Shown in pieces: positions 55,427 through 64,000 of a stretch of 64,000 nt of DNA (positions within the stretch are counted from its first letter, which is position 1; the number at the start of each line of letters is the position of its first letter). The notes under the pieces are model-generated. The model was not told the origin of the DNA. It ran no database searches and saw only the letters and a program-made list of their open reading frames with translations. The DNA is from a virus: IMG/VR virus record IMGVR_UViG_3300037755_000828, positions 1-64,000 of that record; one strand, written 5' to 3'. A program made the position numbers and the translations under genes.

Positions 55427-56542
55427 TCATTCCACGGGCTCGCGCAGCCACGGGATCCCTTGCTCCTCGAGCCACTCGTCGGGCTCGGTGCCGGGGCGCA
55501 GGTCGTATCCGCGGTCATCGACAGGGTCGATCATGAAGGTCAACGTCGGCTCCCCGCGCTGGTGCTCTCGCGTCCACACGGTCACGCCGTAGGGCTTGTC
55601 GTCCATGCCGCCGCTTCGCCCGCGATGCCCGATCGAGCTGGGCACGTTGAAGGCCAGCGCGCCCGGGTAGTCGAGCCACGTCAACCAGCCCGAGCCCGTT
55701 TTCAAGTAGCACTGCTGCGTCGTGTACAGGCACACGACCGGAGCGCACTGCAAGCAAAGCGCTGGCATCGAATTCTCGGTGTCGTATTCGGCCCGCGCCG
55801 GGTACTCGCCGGCTTCGATCATCGCGTTGGTGAGCTGCTTGCGGATCCTCGCCTCCGCCTTCGTGACGGTCGGCTGCCCTCCTTCTTTCTTGGGTGGCCC
55901 CGACGCCTCTGGCCATTCCGGCCGCGTGGCCGCGCGCGCCTGCGAGAACGCAGGATTGCCGACGATGATGTCGAACTCGACGCGGTCGCCGGACCACACC
56001 CACACGCCGAGCTCGTCCTGCACCATGCCGAGGGCCTCGTGCCAGTCGCCGATGATGACCCTGTCGGCGTGCCGGACCAGCCACGGGCGCTCGTCGGGCT
56101 CGTAGTCCACGGCCGTGATGTGGACCTCGAAGCCCATAATCTCGGCGATCCGCCGAACCTCGGACGCCCAGACGCCAGCGCCAGCGCAGATGTCGAGCAC
56201 CCTGATCACGCGGGTCTGGTCGCCAAGCTCGATGATCGGGCCCTGCCAGTTCGCCGCGGCCTCGCCGATCCTCGTGCTCACGTCGGCTCGCCCGACAGCT
56301 GGCCAAATGCTGGGCTCCTTCGACTGGCCAGCGAAACGCTCGAGCAGCGCCGCGCCGCCCCTGACTTGGACGGACCCCTTGAAGACCCGCTCGAGCAGCG
56401 CCCGGCACACGAACCGCGGCGTGAAGTCGGCCTCGCGCTCGCGCAGCCGGGCCACCGCTGCAGCTGACGCGACCTTCGCCAGAGCCGACGCCTCGGCCTC
56501 GCGCTGCTCGAGCTCCGGGAACAAGGTCACAGACACATGCAC
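55427..56542 (-). CDS. Orphan amino-(N6A/N4C) DNA methyltransferase-like protein
   Basis: VLDICAGAGVW (motif I), FDIIVGNPAF (motif IV variant). Confidence 0.75.
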   Translation of the reverse strand: MHVSVTLFPELEQREAEASALAKVASAAAVARLREREADFTPRFVCRALLERVFKGSVQVRGGAALLERFAGQSKEPSIWPAVGRADVSTRIGEAAANWQGPIIELGDQTRVIRVLDICAGAGVWASEVRRIAEIMGFEVHITAVDYEPDERPWLVRHADRVIIGDWHEALGMVQDELGVWVWSGDRVEFDIIVGNPAFSQARAATRPEWPEASGPPKKEGGQPTVTKAEARIRKQLTNAMIEAGEYPARAEYDTENSMPALCLQCAPVVCLYTTQQCYLKTGSGWLTWLDYPGALAFNVPSSIGHRGRSGGMDDKPYGVTVWTREHQRGEPTLTFMIDPVDDRGYDLRPGTEPDEWLEEQGIPWLREPVE

Positions 56543-56718
56543 TCCCGCTCGCGCCAGTGCGTGGGCGTGTAGAACACGTGCACGTCGGTGCCGTCGATGA
56601 ACCAGAGGCGCCCGCTCCGACGCAGGCTCTGCACGTTGCGGACGCCGTCGTCATCATCGATCTTGGTCTCGACGAGAACATCCTCGGGTGCCGTCTCGAT
56701 CGGTCGCCAGGGCTTCAT
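56527..56718 (-). CDS. Small phage protein (DUF551-like)
   Basis: WRPIETAP...PTHW. Confidence 0.7.
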   Translation of the reverse strand: MKPWRPIETAPEDVLVETKIDDDDGVRNVQSLRRSGRLWFIDGTDVHVFYTPTHWRERECMCL

Positions 56719-56948
56719 GGCTTGTTCGGCTCCTTGGTTCCGTTCGTGTTGAGCACGCCGATGCCGCTACCGCCGAGCACAAGGTCGGGCTCGGGCTCGC
56801 CGTCGTCTTCGTCCATGCCAGATCGGGCAGGCACGTTTCCGCAACATCCATTGGCCATGCAGCTGTCGCAGAGGTTCTTACTGCAGACGGCGCAGTAGTC
56901 GTGCAGGTCGTAGCCTTGCGTTTTGGCGTGGCATTGTTCGCACTTCAT
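56715..56948 (-). CDS. Small Zn-finger protein
   Basis: CxxC..., CxxC...CxxC, GCCG..PA. Confidence 0.6.
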   Translation of the reverse strand: MKCEQCHAKTQGYDLHDYCAVCSKNLCDSCMANGCCGNVPARSGMDEDDGEPEPDLVLGGSGIGVLNTNGTKEPNKP

Positions 56949-57181
56949 GTTGACCACCGGGCCCCCTTCGCGCGCAGTTTGGCGAGGCGCTGGGCTTCAC
57001 GCTCGGCGTCGCGTTGACGCAGGTTCTCGAGGAACCCGCGCGCGGCCACGGCCTCCGCTGGGGTCGGACGCGTGCACAGCTTGGGATCGGTGGGCGCTTC
57101 GTCGAGGTCGGACGCGTAGAGGCGCTCGTCGTAGCCGTCGAGCCCGTCACGATCCGAGTCTCCGTCGTAATCGTCGATCAC
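56945..57181 (-). CDS. Hypothetical protein
   Basis: Coupled ORF. Confidence 0.5.
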   Translation of the reverse strand: MIDDYDGDSDRDGLDGYDERLYASDLDEAPTDPKLCTRPTPAEAVAARGFLENLRQRDAEREAQRLAKLRAKGARWST

Positions 57182-57355
57182 CGGCCATCTCCGGGAGGAA
57201 GAAGCCCGCTCTCGGTGAACGACAGCGAGCGTGAGGCGAGCTCGCGCAGCAGCTGCAGGTGTTTGGCTTGGACGGTTACCTGGTCTTGCACGCGCGGCGA
57301 GACCAAAGGGCCGCGCTCGCTATTCCTTATGCACAGTTCCCAACGGCCAGAGCGG

Positions 57356-57700
57356 TCAGTCGACCCACAGCGACAGGCCCCTCATGTAGTCCGCCAGCTG
57401 CCCGATCTTCAGTGTGTTCATGTTCGGCGACTCCAATCGGGCGAGCCCGTCGAGGATGTCGACGACCAGCTTGAGCTGTCGACCGGTCGGCGTGGCGACT
57501 GGGATTTCTCCGCGCGCCTCAAGCTGGCGCTCGAGCACGCGGATCCTCAGCTGCATCGCCGCGACAAGGCGGCGCAGATCCTGGAGGGCGACCTCGGGGT
57601 CGTGCTCCTCGGACCGGTAGGGAGTCCCGCGCCCCAGCTCGCGAGGAGGGCGAGGGCGCAAGGCGGCAATGAGTTGGGAGATCAACCCCATGTCAGCCAC
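57356..57700 (-). CDS. Hypothetical coiled-coil protein
   Basis: ORF with phage-like codon usage. Confidence 0.5.
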   Translation of the reverse strand: MADMGLISQLIAALRPRPPRELGRGTPYRSEEHDPEVALQDLRRLVAAMQLRIRVLERQLEARGEIPVATPTGRQLKLVVDILDGLARLESPNMNTLKIGQLADYMRGLSLWVD

Positions 57701-57835
57701 ACAAGAAAGCGAGAGGGGCTGGTGAGGTAGGGCGTTGCGGTGATGCTCATGACTGGCTCGTTCTGCGGGATTTGCTCCGCCCTCGTGCGCTGACCGGGGT
57801 CGACACGCGAGGGCGAGGCCAAAGCCTCGCGATGA

Positions 57836-58693
57836 TCAGGCGCTGGCGACCTCGCTCCGGCTCACCAGCGTCACGTTGGGAACGAGGCCGGACCCGACCA
57901 TTGAGCGCGCACCAGTGACGGGGTCGTTCCACCGCCCGGTTTGGAGCGGGAGGTTGGCGTCGAGCCACTCTCGACGCTCGAACAACCCAGCGGGGATGGG
58001 GAGCCCGTGCGCCCGAAAGGTTAGACCGTGGTAGTCCTCGGCGAGATCCGGATCCGCGCTTAGCTCAGCGGCAATGATATGCAGTGCGGCGTTGGTCCAA
58101 GCGATGGACTCGGCAGAACTCGGAGCCTCGACTGACCGCCAGATGCAGTAGCGCACCAGCCAGTCCCAGTCATCGTCGAGCAGACGGAGCGCCCCCACGA
58201 CGTGCGTGGGCGCAGGCGTCATCTCATCGACGCCACCGAAAACCCAGGCGATCGCAGCATCCCAAGCCCCGCCATCGCTCGCATGGTGACGGCCTTTGCC
58301 GAGGTGCCGCGCCCACGCCATCCGCTGCGTGGCGCCGCCGTAGAGCCCAAGTCGTCCGCCCGAACCGTGCAACTCGACAGCCGCGATAGCGCGGAGGCAA
58401 TCGACGACGCCCGTGCTCAGCTCAATGCCGCCCTGCAGATCCATGGCATCGACAAAACGGGCCTCGCCCGCGTCTGGACCCGACGAACTCCACGCCTCGG
58501 GGTCTACGAGGTCGATCGCCAACTGGGCAAGCGCCCACTCGACGCATCGCACCCGGGAGGCATGCCGCTCCGGGGCTCGAGCTTCGATGCGAAGCGAGCG
58601 AGCTGGCTCGGGCCATTCCGAGCCAGGGTCATGATCGGCACGAACGAGCGCAGGGGCGGAGGCGAGGATGGTGAAGGTGGTTTCGGTGGTCAT
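57836..58693 (-). CDS. Hypothetical protein
   Basis: 285 aa, A-rich leader. Confidence 0.6.
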   Translation of the reverse strand: MTTETTFTILASAPALVRADHDPGSEWPEPARSLRIEARAPERHASRVRCVEWALAQLAIDLVDPEAWSSSGPDAGEARFVDAMDLQGGIELSTGVVDCLRAIAAVELHGSGGRLGLYGGATQRMAWARHLGKGRHHASDGGAWDAAIAWVFGGVDEMTPAPTHVVGALRLLDDDWDWLVRYCIWRSVEAPSSAESIAWTNAALHIIAAELSADPDLAEDYHGLTFRAHGLPIPAGLFERREWLDANLPLQTGRWNDPVTGARSMVGSGLVPNVTLVSRSEVASA

Positions 58694-58807
58694 TGTTGGT
58701 TTTCTTTCGTGCCCCTCATCCGCGGGGCCGGGCGGTGCCGCGTCATGCGGCTCAACAGCTGTCGTAGTTCGCGGCGGATCGATCCCCCGACGTCGAAAGT
58801 ATTTTCG

Positions 58808-59146
58808 CTATTCCTTCGCGCGCCGTCGCAGCTCACGGGCCGCTTTCGATCGCGCGGGGTTCTTCAGGTAGAAGAACTCCGTCTCGACACCCAGCAGCTT
58901 CGCCCACCTCGCGACCATCTCTGGACTCGGCCACTTTGGGGATGGGCGGTCGCCCAGGATCCCGCCCTTGGTCGGATGGGTGTACTTTCGCAGTGCGACC
59001 TTGCACACCGCAGGGCTGCCTTTGGACATCCCAGCTGCAGCAGCGAAGTCGGCCGGCTCCCAACCGAGGATGGACAGGGCCTTCAGCAGATTGCTGCCTG
59101 GCCGAGCGCGCAGTTCGGCCGTTGCTTCACTGACGGCGTCACTCAT
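58808..59146 (-). CDS. XRE-like HTH protein
   Basis: NL..AL..LGW...DFA.AAG, PS.EMV..WAKLLGV..EFF. Confidence 0.6.
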   Translation of the reverse strand: MSDAVSEATAELRARPGSNLLKALSILGWEPADFAAAAGMSKGSPAVCKVALRKYTHPTKGGILGDRPSPKWPSPEMVARWAKLLGVETEFFYLKNPARSKAARELRRRAKE

Positions 59147-59552
59147 CGAGCTTGCTCCCGCCGGCTCGGGGAATGAAGTCTCCGTCCGCGTATAAAACAC
59201 CGTCCGCGTCGATGTGAGTCGGGAACATGCCCTTGGCGACCGCGCGCGGATCGAAGTGCGCGGGCTCGGCCGAGGGCTTGGGCTCGGGCAGAGGGCCAGC
59301 GTCAAGGATCGCGGGTCGACCCGGGATCCGGATGACCGCCGATGTGGCGCAGCTTAGCGCCCGCGTGGCGAGCTGCTCAACATTGGAGACGTGGCGGCGG
59401 TAGGCTGCCATCTCCTCATCGACGTACGCGAACGCGGCCAGGAACCCGTGCGTGAACGCGGCCTCGCCATCCTGCCGAACCTCGCCACGCTCGAGCGCGA
59501 GAGCGAAGGCGCGCTCCGCCATGATCTCGACCTTGCCTTGACTCGTGGTCAT
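59139..59552 (-). CDS. Hypothetical protein
   Basis: ATGA overlap with sigma gene. Confidence 0.55.
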   Translation of the reverse strand: MTTSQGKVEIMAERAFALALERGEVRQDGEAAFTHGFLAAFAYVDEEMAAYRRHVSNVEQLATRALSCATSAVIRIPGRPAILDAGPLPEPKPSAEPAHFDPRAVAKGMFPTHIDADGVLYADGDFIPRAGGSKLDE

Positions 59553-60196
59553 GCGCTTGCGCTCCGCTCGGTCATGCGCGTGCTCGCGCGGTTGCCCGGC
59601 TCGGTGTCGCCGTCGCGCACGAAGCCGATCTCGCTCGCGTGATCGTGCAGCAGCTTGTGCAAGATCCTGCGGCCTCGGTAGATCCGGCTCATGACCGTGC
59701 CGAGCGGGCACTCCATGTAGTCGGCGATCTCCTTGTAAGACAGGCCTTCGAAGTCGGCGAGGGTGATCGCTAGTCGATAATCCGTCGGCAAAGAGTCGAG
59801 GGCTTCGAGGACCCGGGCCTGCGTGACCCCGGCGGAGACGGCCTCCTCGGGGCCCGGCGGATGACTGTTCGAGTTGCCGAGCGCGACGGTGTCGCCGATC
59901 GCGTTCATCTGCGAAGTCACGTCGCTCTCGAAGCGACGCTTGCGACCCCGGCGGTGATAGCCGGTGATGAACGTGTTGCGCACGATCGTGAACATCCACG
60001 CCTTGATGTTGGTGCCCGGCTGAAACGAACTCCAGAACCGGAAGGCCCGCACCAGCGAGTCCTGAACGAGATCCTCGGCTTCCTCCGGGTTTCGGGTCAG
60101 GCGCATCGCCGCGCCGTAGAGGTTGTTGTAGAGAGGCAACACAGCCGCCTCGAACTCGCGCCTCGCGGCGGCTGGCATCTCGATGTGGGCGCTCAT
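59549..60196 (-). CDS. ECF RNA polymerase sigma factor (SigR/SigH-like)
   Basis: LYGAAMRLTRNPEEAEDLVQD..VRAFR...F.PGTN.KAW...I.RNTFI; SYKEIA..M.CP.GTVMSR..RGR. Confidence 0.93.
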   Translation of the reverse strand: MSAHIEMPAAARREFEAAVLPLYNNLYGAAMRLTRNPEEAEDLVQDSLVRAFRFWSSFQPGTNIKAWMFTIVRNTFITGYHRRGRKRRFESDVTSQMNAIGDTVALGNSNSHPPGPEEAVSAGVTQARVLEALDSLPTDYRLAITLADFEGLSYKEIADYMECPLGTVMSRIYRGRRILHKLLHDHASEIGFVRDGDTEPGNRASTRMTERSASA

Positions 60197-60337
60197 CAGG
60201 GTGCGCTCGATTCTGGTTTAGTCGTTGGATCTTGGGTGTTTGTCACGGGTGTGGTCGATCCTGTCTGGGTCTGCACGATGCGATGCAGCTGGGTCGGCCT
60301 GTATCACGGAACGACACCACCACGTCGGAGAGCACGC

Positions 60338-60970
60338 TCACCCGACGCTCCGCTGCTCGGTGACGAGCTCGACCCCGGCGAAGGCGGCCGCGGCCGCGAT
60401 GCGGTCGCTGATCGAGTCGGGCACGGCGAGGCCGCTCGCCGGGTTGACGATCGCGCGCCCCGTCATCGCGGCCAGGAGGGCGCAATCCCGGGCCTTCATC
60501 AGGCCGCCAACGCGGGCCTTCGGCTCACTGGCGATGGTGATGGTTGAGCGGTGCTTCCCGGCGCCGACACGCACCGACCAGGCAAGGCCCGTGCGGCGAC
60601 GGAGGAGATCGCGATACGCGACCACGGCCGCATCGACGTCGGCGGCGAGGCCAGGCAGCCGGCGGACCTCGAGTTCGTCGAGCACAACCGGTGCCGGCGG
60701 CCTCACCCGAATCGCGTCGGCGAGGATGACCTGCAGCGCGAGGTCGATGCGCAGCACCGTGGTCGTGTTCGCCCCGTAGGTGGCGATGAGCCGCTGTCGC
60801 GGGGCTGGACCTCGGACCGCGGCGGATAGCGGCTCCGGGGAGATCGACGCCGGCACGCCTTCGACCGTCATAGTGACGGTCTCCTCGAGCGACGCGCCCG
60901 AGCGGAAAAGCTCGTCGAGCAGACGCCAGCGCGACGGCGACATCTTGGGTTGTGGACATTGGTAGGTCAT
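60338..60970 (-). CDS. Hypothetical protein
   Basis: ORF in early operon. Confidence 0.55.
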   Translation of the reverse strand: MTYQCPQPKMSPSRWRLLDELFRSGASLEETVTMTVEGVPASISPEPLSAAVRGPAPRQRLIATYGANTTTVLRIDLALQVILADAIRVRPPAPVVLDELEVRRLPGLAADVDAAVVAYRDLLRRRTGLAWSVRVGAGKHRSTITIASEPKARVGGLMKARDCALLAAMTGRAIVNPASGLAVPDSISDRIAAAAAFAGVELVTEQRSVG

Positions 60971-61006
60971 GGCGTGGGCCTCGGCTCGGAGTCGGCGAGC
61001 ATGGCT

Positions 61007-61654
61007 CTACGCCCGCGCAGCCATGTCGACCGACGAGACGATCCCGTCGAGGGCCGACCGCATGTCGTCGCTGCCCCGGCCGAACGCGTGTTCCAGCGCG
61101 CGAATGAACGAGTCCGAGCACCAGCCGTCGAGCGGAGCGCTGCCGGTCCCGTAGTGCGTGTTCGACTGCCGGTACAACTCGACATCGGCGTCGACGGTCG
61201 TGGTCCCTGCATGGCGGCATAGGGCCCAACCGGCTTCAAGTCGCTCGATGTAGCCTCCGTCGAAGACATCGCGTTCACCGATGTCGAGCAGGCCGAGCAG
61301 GTCCGCATCAAAGTGCAGCCCGTGAGCAATGCCCATGTCCAGCACAGCACCGTCCGCATCGCCTTTGCAGCTGGCGATCAGCTTGTAGCTCGGAACGGTG
61401 ACCCGCACTCGAGCGATGGCGACCTCACCGTCTGCATCGACGCTCAGCACGGCGATGATCGTGCGCTTAGTCGGAGGTTGGTCGGTCTCGGTGACCGTCA
61501 GCTCATCGCGGGTGCTGCCCTCGACACGGGCGAGTAGGTCGGCGAGATCGAGGTAGCCGGCCGCGTGGGCGTAGGCATCGAGCGCGGCGGCCTCGGTGTC
61601 GGCGGTAAAGATGCCCATGTCGGTTTCGTTGGCGTGGATCTGGTAGCTGGTCAT
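61007..61654 (-). CDS. Hypothetical protein
   Basis: RBS AAGGA; G.F.A.TE.AALDAYA..AGY motif. Confidence 0.65.
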   Translation of the reverse strand: MTSYQIHANETDMGIFTADTEAAALDAYAHAAGYLDLADLLARVEGSTRDELTVTETDQPPTKRTIIAVLSVDADGEVAIARVRVTVPSYKLIASCKGDADGAVLDMGIAHGLHFDADLLGLLDIGERDVFDGGYIERLEAGWALCRHAGTTTVDADVELYRQSNTHYGTGSAPLDGWCSDSFIRALEHAFGRGSDDMRSALDGIVSSVDMAARA

Positions 61655-61689
61655 TGGCGGTGTTCCTTGTAGTTCGTCTGGTCGTCTGT

Positions 61690-61914
61690 CTACTCGCCCG
61701 CGGAGATGCGGAGCACTTGCTGGCCGGCGCGGTCGATCCAGACGCGGTCGCCGACGTCGACGGTGACGCCATCCGCGACGGGCACGAGCAGACAGCCGGC
61801 GTAGGCGTCAGCGTGCATGCCGGCGGCTTCGGCCTCTTCTTGCGAGCCGACGAACTCGACGGTCGCGCGGTTCGGGGTGACGTCGGAGATTAGGGCGTAG
61901 GTCGGGTTGGTCAT
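61690..61914 (-). CDS. Hypothetical protein
   Basis: RBS AAGGA before MTNPT. Confidence 0.55.
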   Translation of the reverse strand: MTNPTYALISDVTPNRATVEFVGSQEEAEAAGMHADAYAGCLLVPVADGVTVDVGDRVWIDRAGQQVLRISAGE

Positions 61915-61987
61915 GGGTCGGGTCCTTCTACTGGCGAAGCCCCGCGCGGACGTCTCCGGCGGGGCTGTGGTTGAGGCGCTCTCGAAC

Positions 61988-62191
61988 TCAGCGCTTGGGG
62001 ACATGGCCGAAGGCGGCGGCCTCGCGAGCAACCCGCTCCGCGACGCTCTCCCGACGTGAGCTCTTGCGGAGCCCAAGAGCGCTGCCGCTGCTGCGAGTCA
62101 GCCGAGCACTACGCTCGGTCGGCGTGTACGCCGGCTGCTGAACGGGGATGCAGGCGACAACGACGAAGAAGAAGTGCGTCGGGGTGTTCAT
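61988..62191 (-). CDS. Hypothetical protein
   Basis: First ORF after the operator-containing promoter. Confidence 0.45.
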   Translation of the reverse strand: MNTPTHFFFVVVACIPVQQPAYTPTERSARLTRSSGSALGLRKSSRRESVAERVAREAAAFGHVPKR

Positions 62192-62200
62192 GCTTCACCC

Positions 62201-62229
62201 GGTATAGTCCCGCGGGGACTATACGTCAA
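62201..62229 (-). promoter_or_regulatory. Promoter with 21-bp palindromic operator (copy 2)
   Basis: Minus strand TTGACG-N17-TATACC; core is the exact reverse complement of the 41207-41227 core. Confidence 0.75.
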
Positions 62230-62367
62230 GAGGTTGTTTTCGCGCTCGTTTGGCCGGTCCGAGTGTCGCGCGGTCCGAGTGTGCTACATCCGCGCGCCGA
62301 GCTACTGCGCGAGCGGATGCCGAGCACGCTGAGGCCATCCCGGACTGCGCAGCGCTCGGACCGCGGC

Positions 62368-63513
62368 TCAGTACGGGCCTTCTGGTGCGCACTTATTGGA
62401 TGGCCGATCTGTCGAGATGATCGTCGGGGCGCAGATGACCCGCAGCGTGTGGGTCTCGTTCGACCTCCGTTGCAAGAGGTCAGCAATCGACCCGCGTGGA
62501 TCGGGAAGGTCGCCTGCCTTGTGCATGCGCCCAAGGCAGGCGAGGTCCGAGGCGAGCATCTCGCCACCATCTGGTCCGAGATCGACACCGAGCAGCCCGA
62601 CAGCTCGGCAGATCTCGGCGTGCGATTCGCTGTCGAGACGATCGACTCGATGATGGATGTCGAGCCGTCCACTGCGTACAAGCGCTGCGTCCATCAGAGG
62701 CCCGTCGCCGTGCCGGTTGTCGGGTGCGGTGTTGCTCGTGCAGATCGTAATCACGCCGGCTCCGGTGAGCGCGTCGAGCAACTCGAGCAGGGAGACATCA
62801 CCGATCCGATCGATGTCGTCCACGATCACCGCCCCGGGCGACAGCCGCACGAGCGCGTGGGTCATGTTTCGAGACACGTGCTCGGCCGAGAGCCGGAAGT
62901 ATCCACCCGTGCATTCATGGGCGATCGAGCACGCGGCCGTTGTCTTCGCACTACCTTGCGGTCCGTAGAGCAGGACCGACGTGGCAACGTTGGCGACGAC
63001 GTACTTGCGAATCCGGTCGGATAGCATGCGCTCCGAGTTCGTCAGCGCACGTGTGTTGGTTGGGCGGTCAGCCTCGACGCGGAGGTATCCCTCCGTGGTC
63101 TCGGTCAACACCGCGCACGGGAGTCGGCGAGCGAACTCTTGCTGAATTATCTCCCACAGATCGGCCTCACTTCCGCGGATCTCCGTGTGCCCGTCGACGG
63201 ACGCTTGTCGCGTGCCATCGGACGAGTTCTCGCAGCACACCCATGTGTGCCCGACACGGTTCCACCTCGGCTTCATGTCGAACACCGAGTGCATCAGCCG
63301 CTTGACCTCCATGCTGTGGATCACCGTCGTCTCGTCGGAGACGGACGTCCAGATCTTGGCGTACCTGGCGATGACGCCAACCGCTGCGAGAACCTTTACA
63401 GCGCGGTTCTCGATCCCGAGCCCACGCAGACCTTCGAGGACTGTGCCCGATTCGACCTGCACCCAATCGAGCGCGCGGTGGATAGCGAGCCTCCGCTTGA
63501 ACGGATCCATCAC
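62368..63513 (-). CDS. AAA+ ATPase (BCS1/classical AAA-like)
   Basis: LLYGPQGSAKT, VIVDDIDR, CTSN, DAALVRSGRLD. Confidence 0.85.
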   Translation of the reverse strand: MMDPFKRRLAIHRALDWVQVESGTVLEGLRGLGIENRAVKVLAAVGVIARYAKIWTSVSDETTVIHSMEVKRLMHSVFDMKPRWNRVGHTWVCCENSSDGTRQASVDGHTEIRGSEADLWEIIQQEFARRLPCAVLTETTEGYLRVEADRPTNTRALTNSERMLSDRIRKYVVANVATSVLLYGPQGSAKTTAACSIAHECTGGYFRLSAEHVSRNMTHALVRLSPGAVIVDDIDRIGDVSLLELLDALTGAGVITICTSNTAPDNRHGDGPLMDAALVRSGRLDIHHRVDRLDSESHAEICRAVGLLGVDLGPDGGEMLASDLACLGRMHKAGDLPDPRGSIADLLQRRSNETHTLRVICAPTIISTDRPSNKCAPEGPY

Positions 63514-63758
63514 CGCAGCTCCTTGGCGAAGCGCTGCGTCACGAGCACGACGCCGAGCCCTCGCTTGCGCCCGCTGTCCATCAGCTGGATCACCGCGCCG
63601 CGGCTCGCCTGCTCAATCAGCAGGCGGGTCGCGTGGCTCTTGCCGCCGCCGCTGTTGCTGCACACGAAGAGGCGATCGCTCACCACCTTGAGCGGGTCGA
63701 GTTGTACCGGCGTCGCTCCGGGTGCGGTCAGGACGATTGGCGTGAAGGTCTGCGTCAC
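63510..63758 (-). CDS. Internally deleted HerA/DUF87-like ATPase fragment
   Basis: NSGGGKS..R.LIEQ joined directly to AVI.LM..GRKRG...L.TQR..K. Confidence 0.65.
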   Translation of the reverse strand: MTQTFTPIVLTAPGATPVQLDPLKVVSDRLFVCSNSGGGKSHATRLLIEQASRGAVIQLMDSGRKRGLGVVLVTQRFAKELR

Positions 63759-63785
63759 GGCGCGCCGACCGAGCGTGGTGCTCGC

Positions 63786-63986
63786 CTATTCCCCTGGCGC
63801 GGCGACGCGCGATTCGACAAGCGCGAGGCGAACGGGCTCAGACCAGGCGCCACCCTCGACTATCACCGGCTCGCCGAGCATCGCTCGGAGGATCGTCGCA
63901 CCGTGAGCTCGCCCGTCCGCCTCCAGCCAATCGGCGATCACATAGGCGTCGGAAACCGCGAGCCGGGTGTGGCCGATCAGCTCCAT
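63786..63986 (-). CDS. Hypothetical protein
   Basis: AY.VIADWLE..G motif, reminiscent of myxobacterial TIGR02996-like domains. Confidence 0.45.
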   Translation of the reverse strand: MELIGHTRLAVSDAYVIADWLEADGRAHGATILRAMLGEPVIVEGGAWSEPVRLALVESRVAAPGE

Positions 63987-64000
63987 CCCGAACGCGATCC

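Larger units (their letters stand above)
1..64000. mobile_element. Temperate myovirus-like phage genome segment (excised/attP configuration), probable myxobacterial host
   Basis: Continuous phage structural, replication and integration genes; phage genes on both sides of the att site; no host housekeeping operons. Confidence 0.9.

Noticed and set aside
58700-58740. Hammerhead ribozyme (GATGAG...GAAA on minus strand)
   Set aside because: Core is CGGAUGA rather than CUGAUGA and no stem II forms; just a hairpin

Overview
The whole window reads as part of a high-GC (roughly 65-70% by eye) temperate tailed phage. The host is most likely a Nannocystaceae-type myxobacterium (Enhygromyxa/Plesiocystis-like), inferred from Cys-rich lipoproteins with (GD)n linkers and host-like regulators. 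1-14.3 kb (minus strand): Mu-like contractile tail (circularisation protein, spike, hub, tape measure, -1 frameshift chaperone, tube, sheath, neck) and a DUF2213/DUF2184-type head. 14.5-21.9 kb: accessory island splitting the head operon (XRE, LuxR, P-loop kinase, HD hydrolase, MazG-like, 41-aa repeat protein). 22-26 kb: portal and Mu-like large terminase. 26-30.8 kb: lipoprotein cluster with an orphan tail-fibre gene. 31-50.4 kb: replication, recombination, nucleotide metabolism and endolysin (HTH initiator, HRDC, RusA, UvrD-like, amidase, ThyA, RecD2, AlkB, RecET). ~52 kb: attP (tRNA-Gly 3' half) and tyrosine integrase. 53.6-64 kb: early genes (MTase, ECF sigma, AAA ATPase, mini-HerA). The most striking observation is a single ORF fusing a DUF1073-type portal to an excisionase/Nu1-like HTH and a sigma54-activator-type AAA+ domain that lacks both sigma54-contact loops. 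All calls come from motif recognition by eye; no searches were run.
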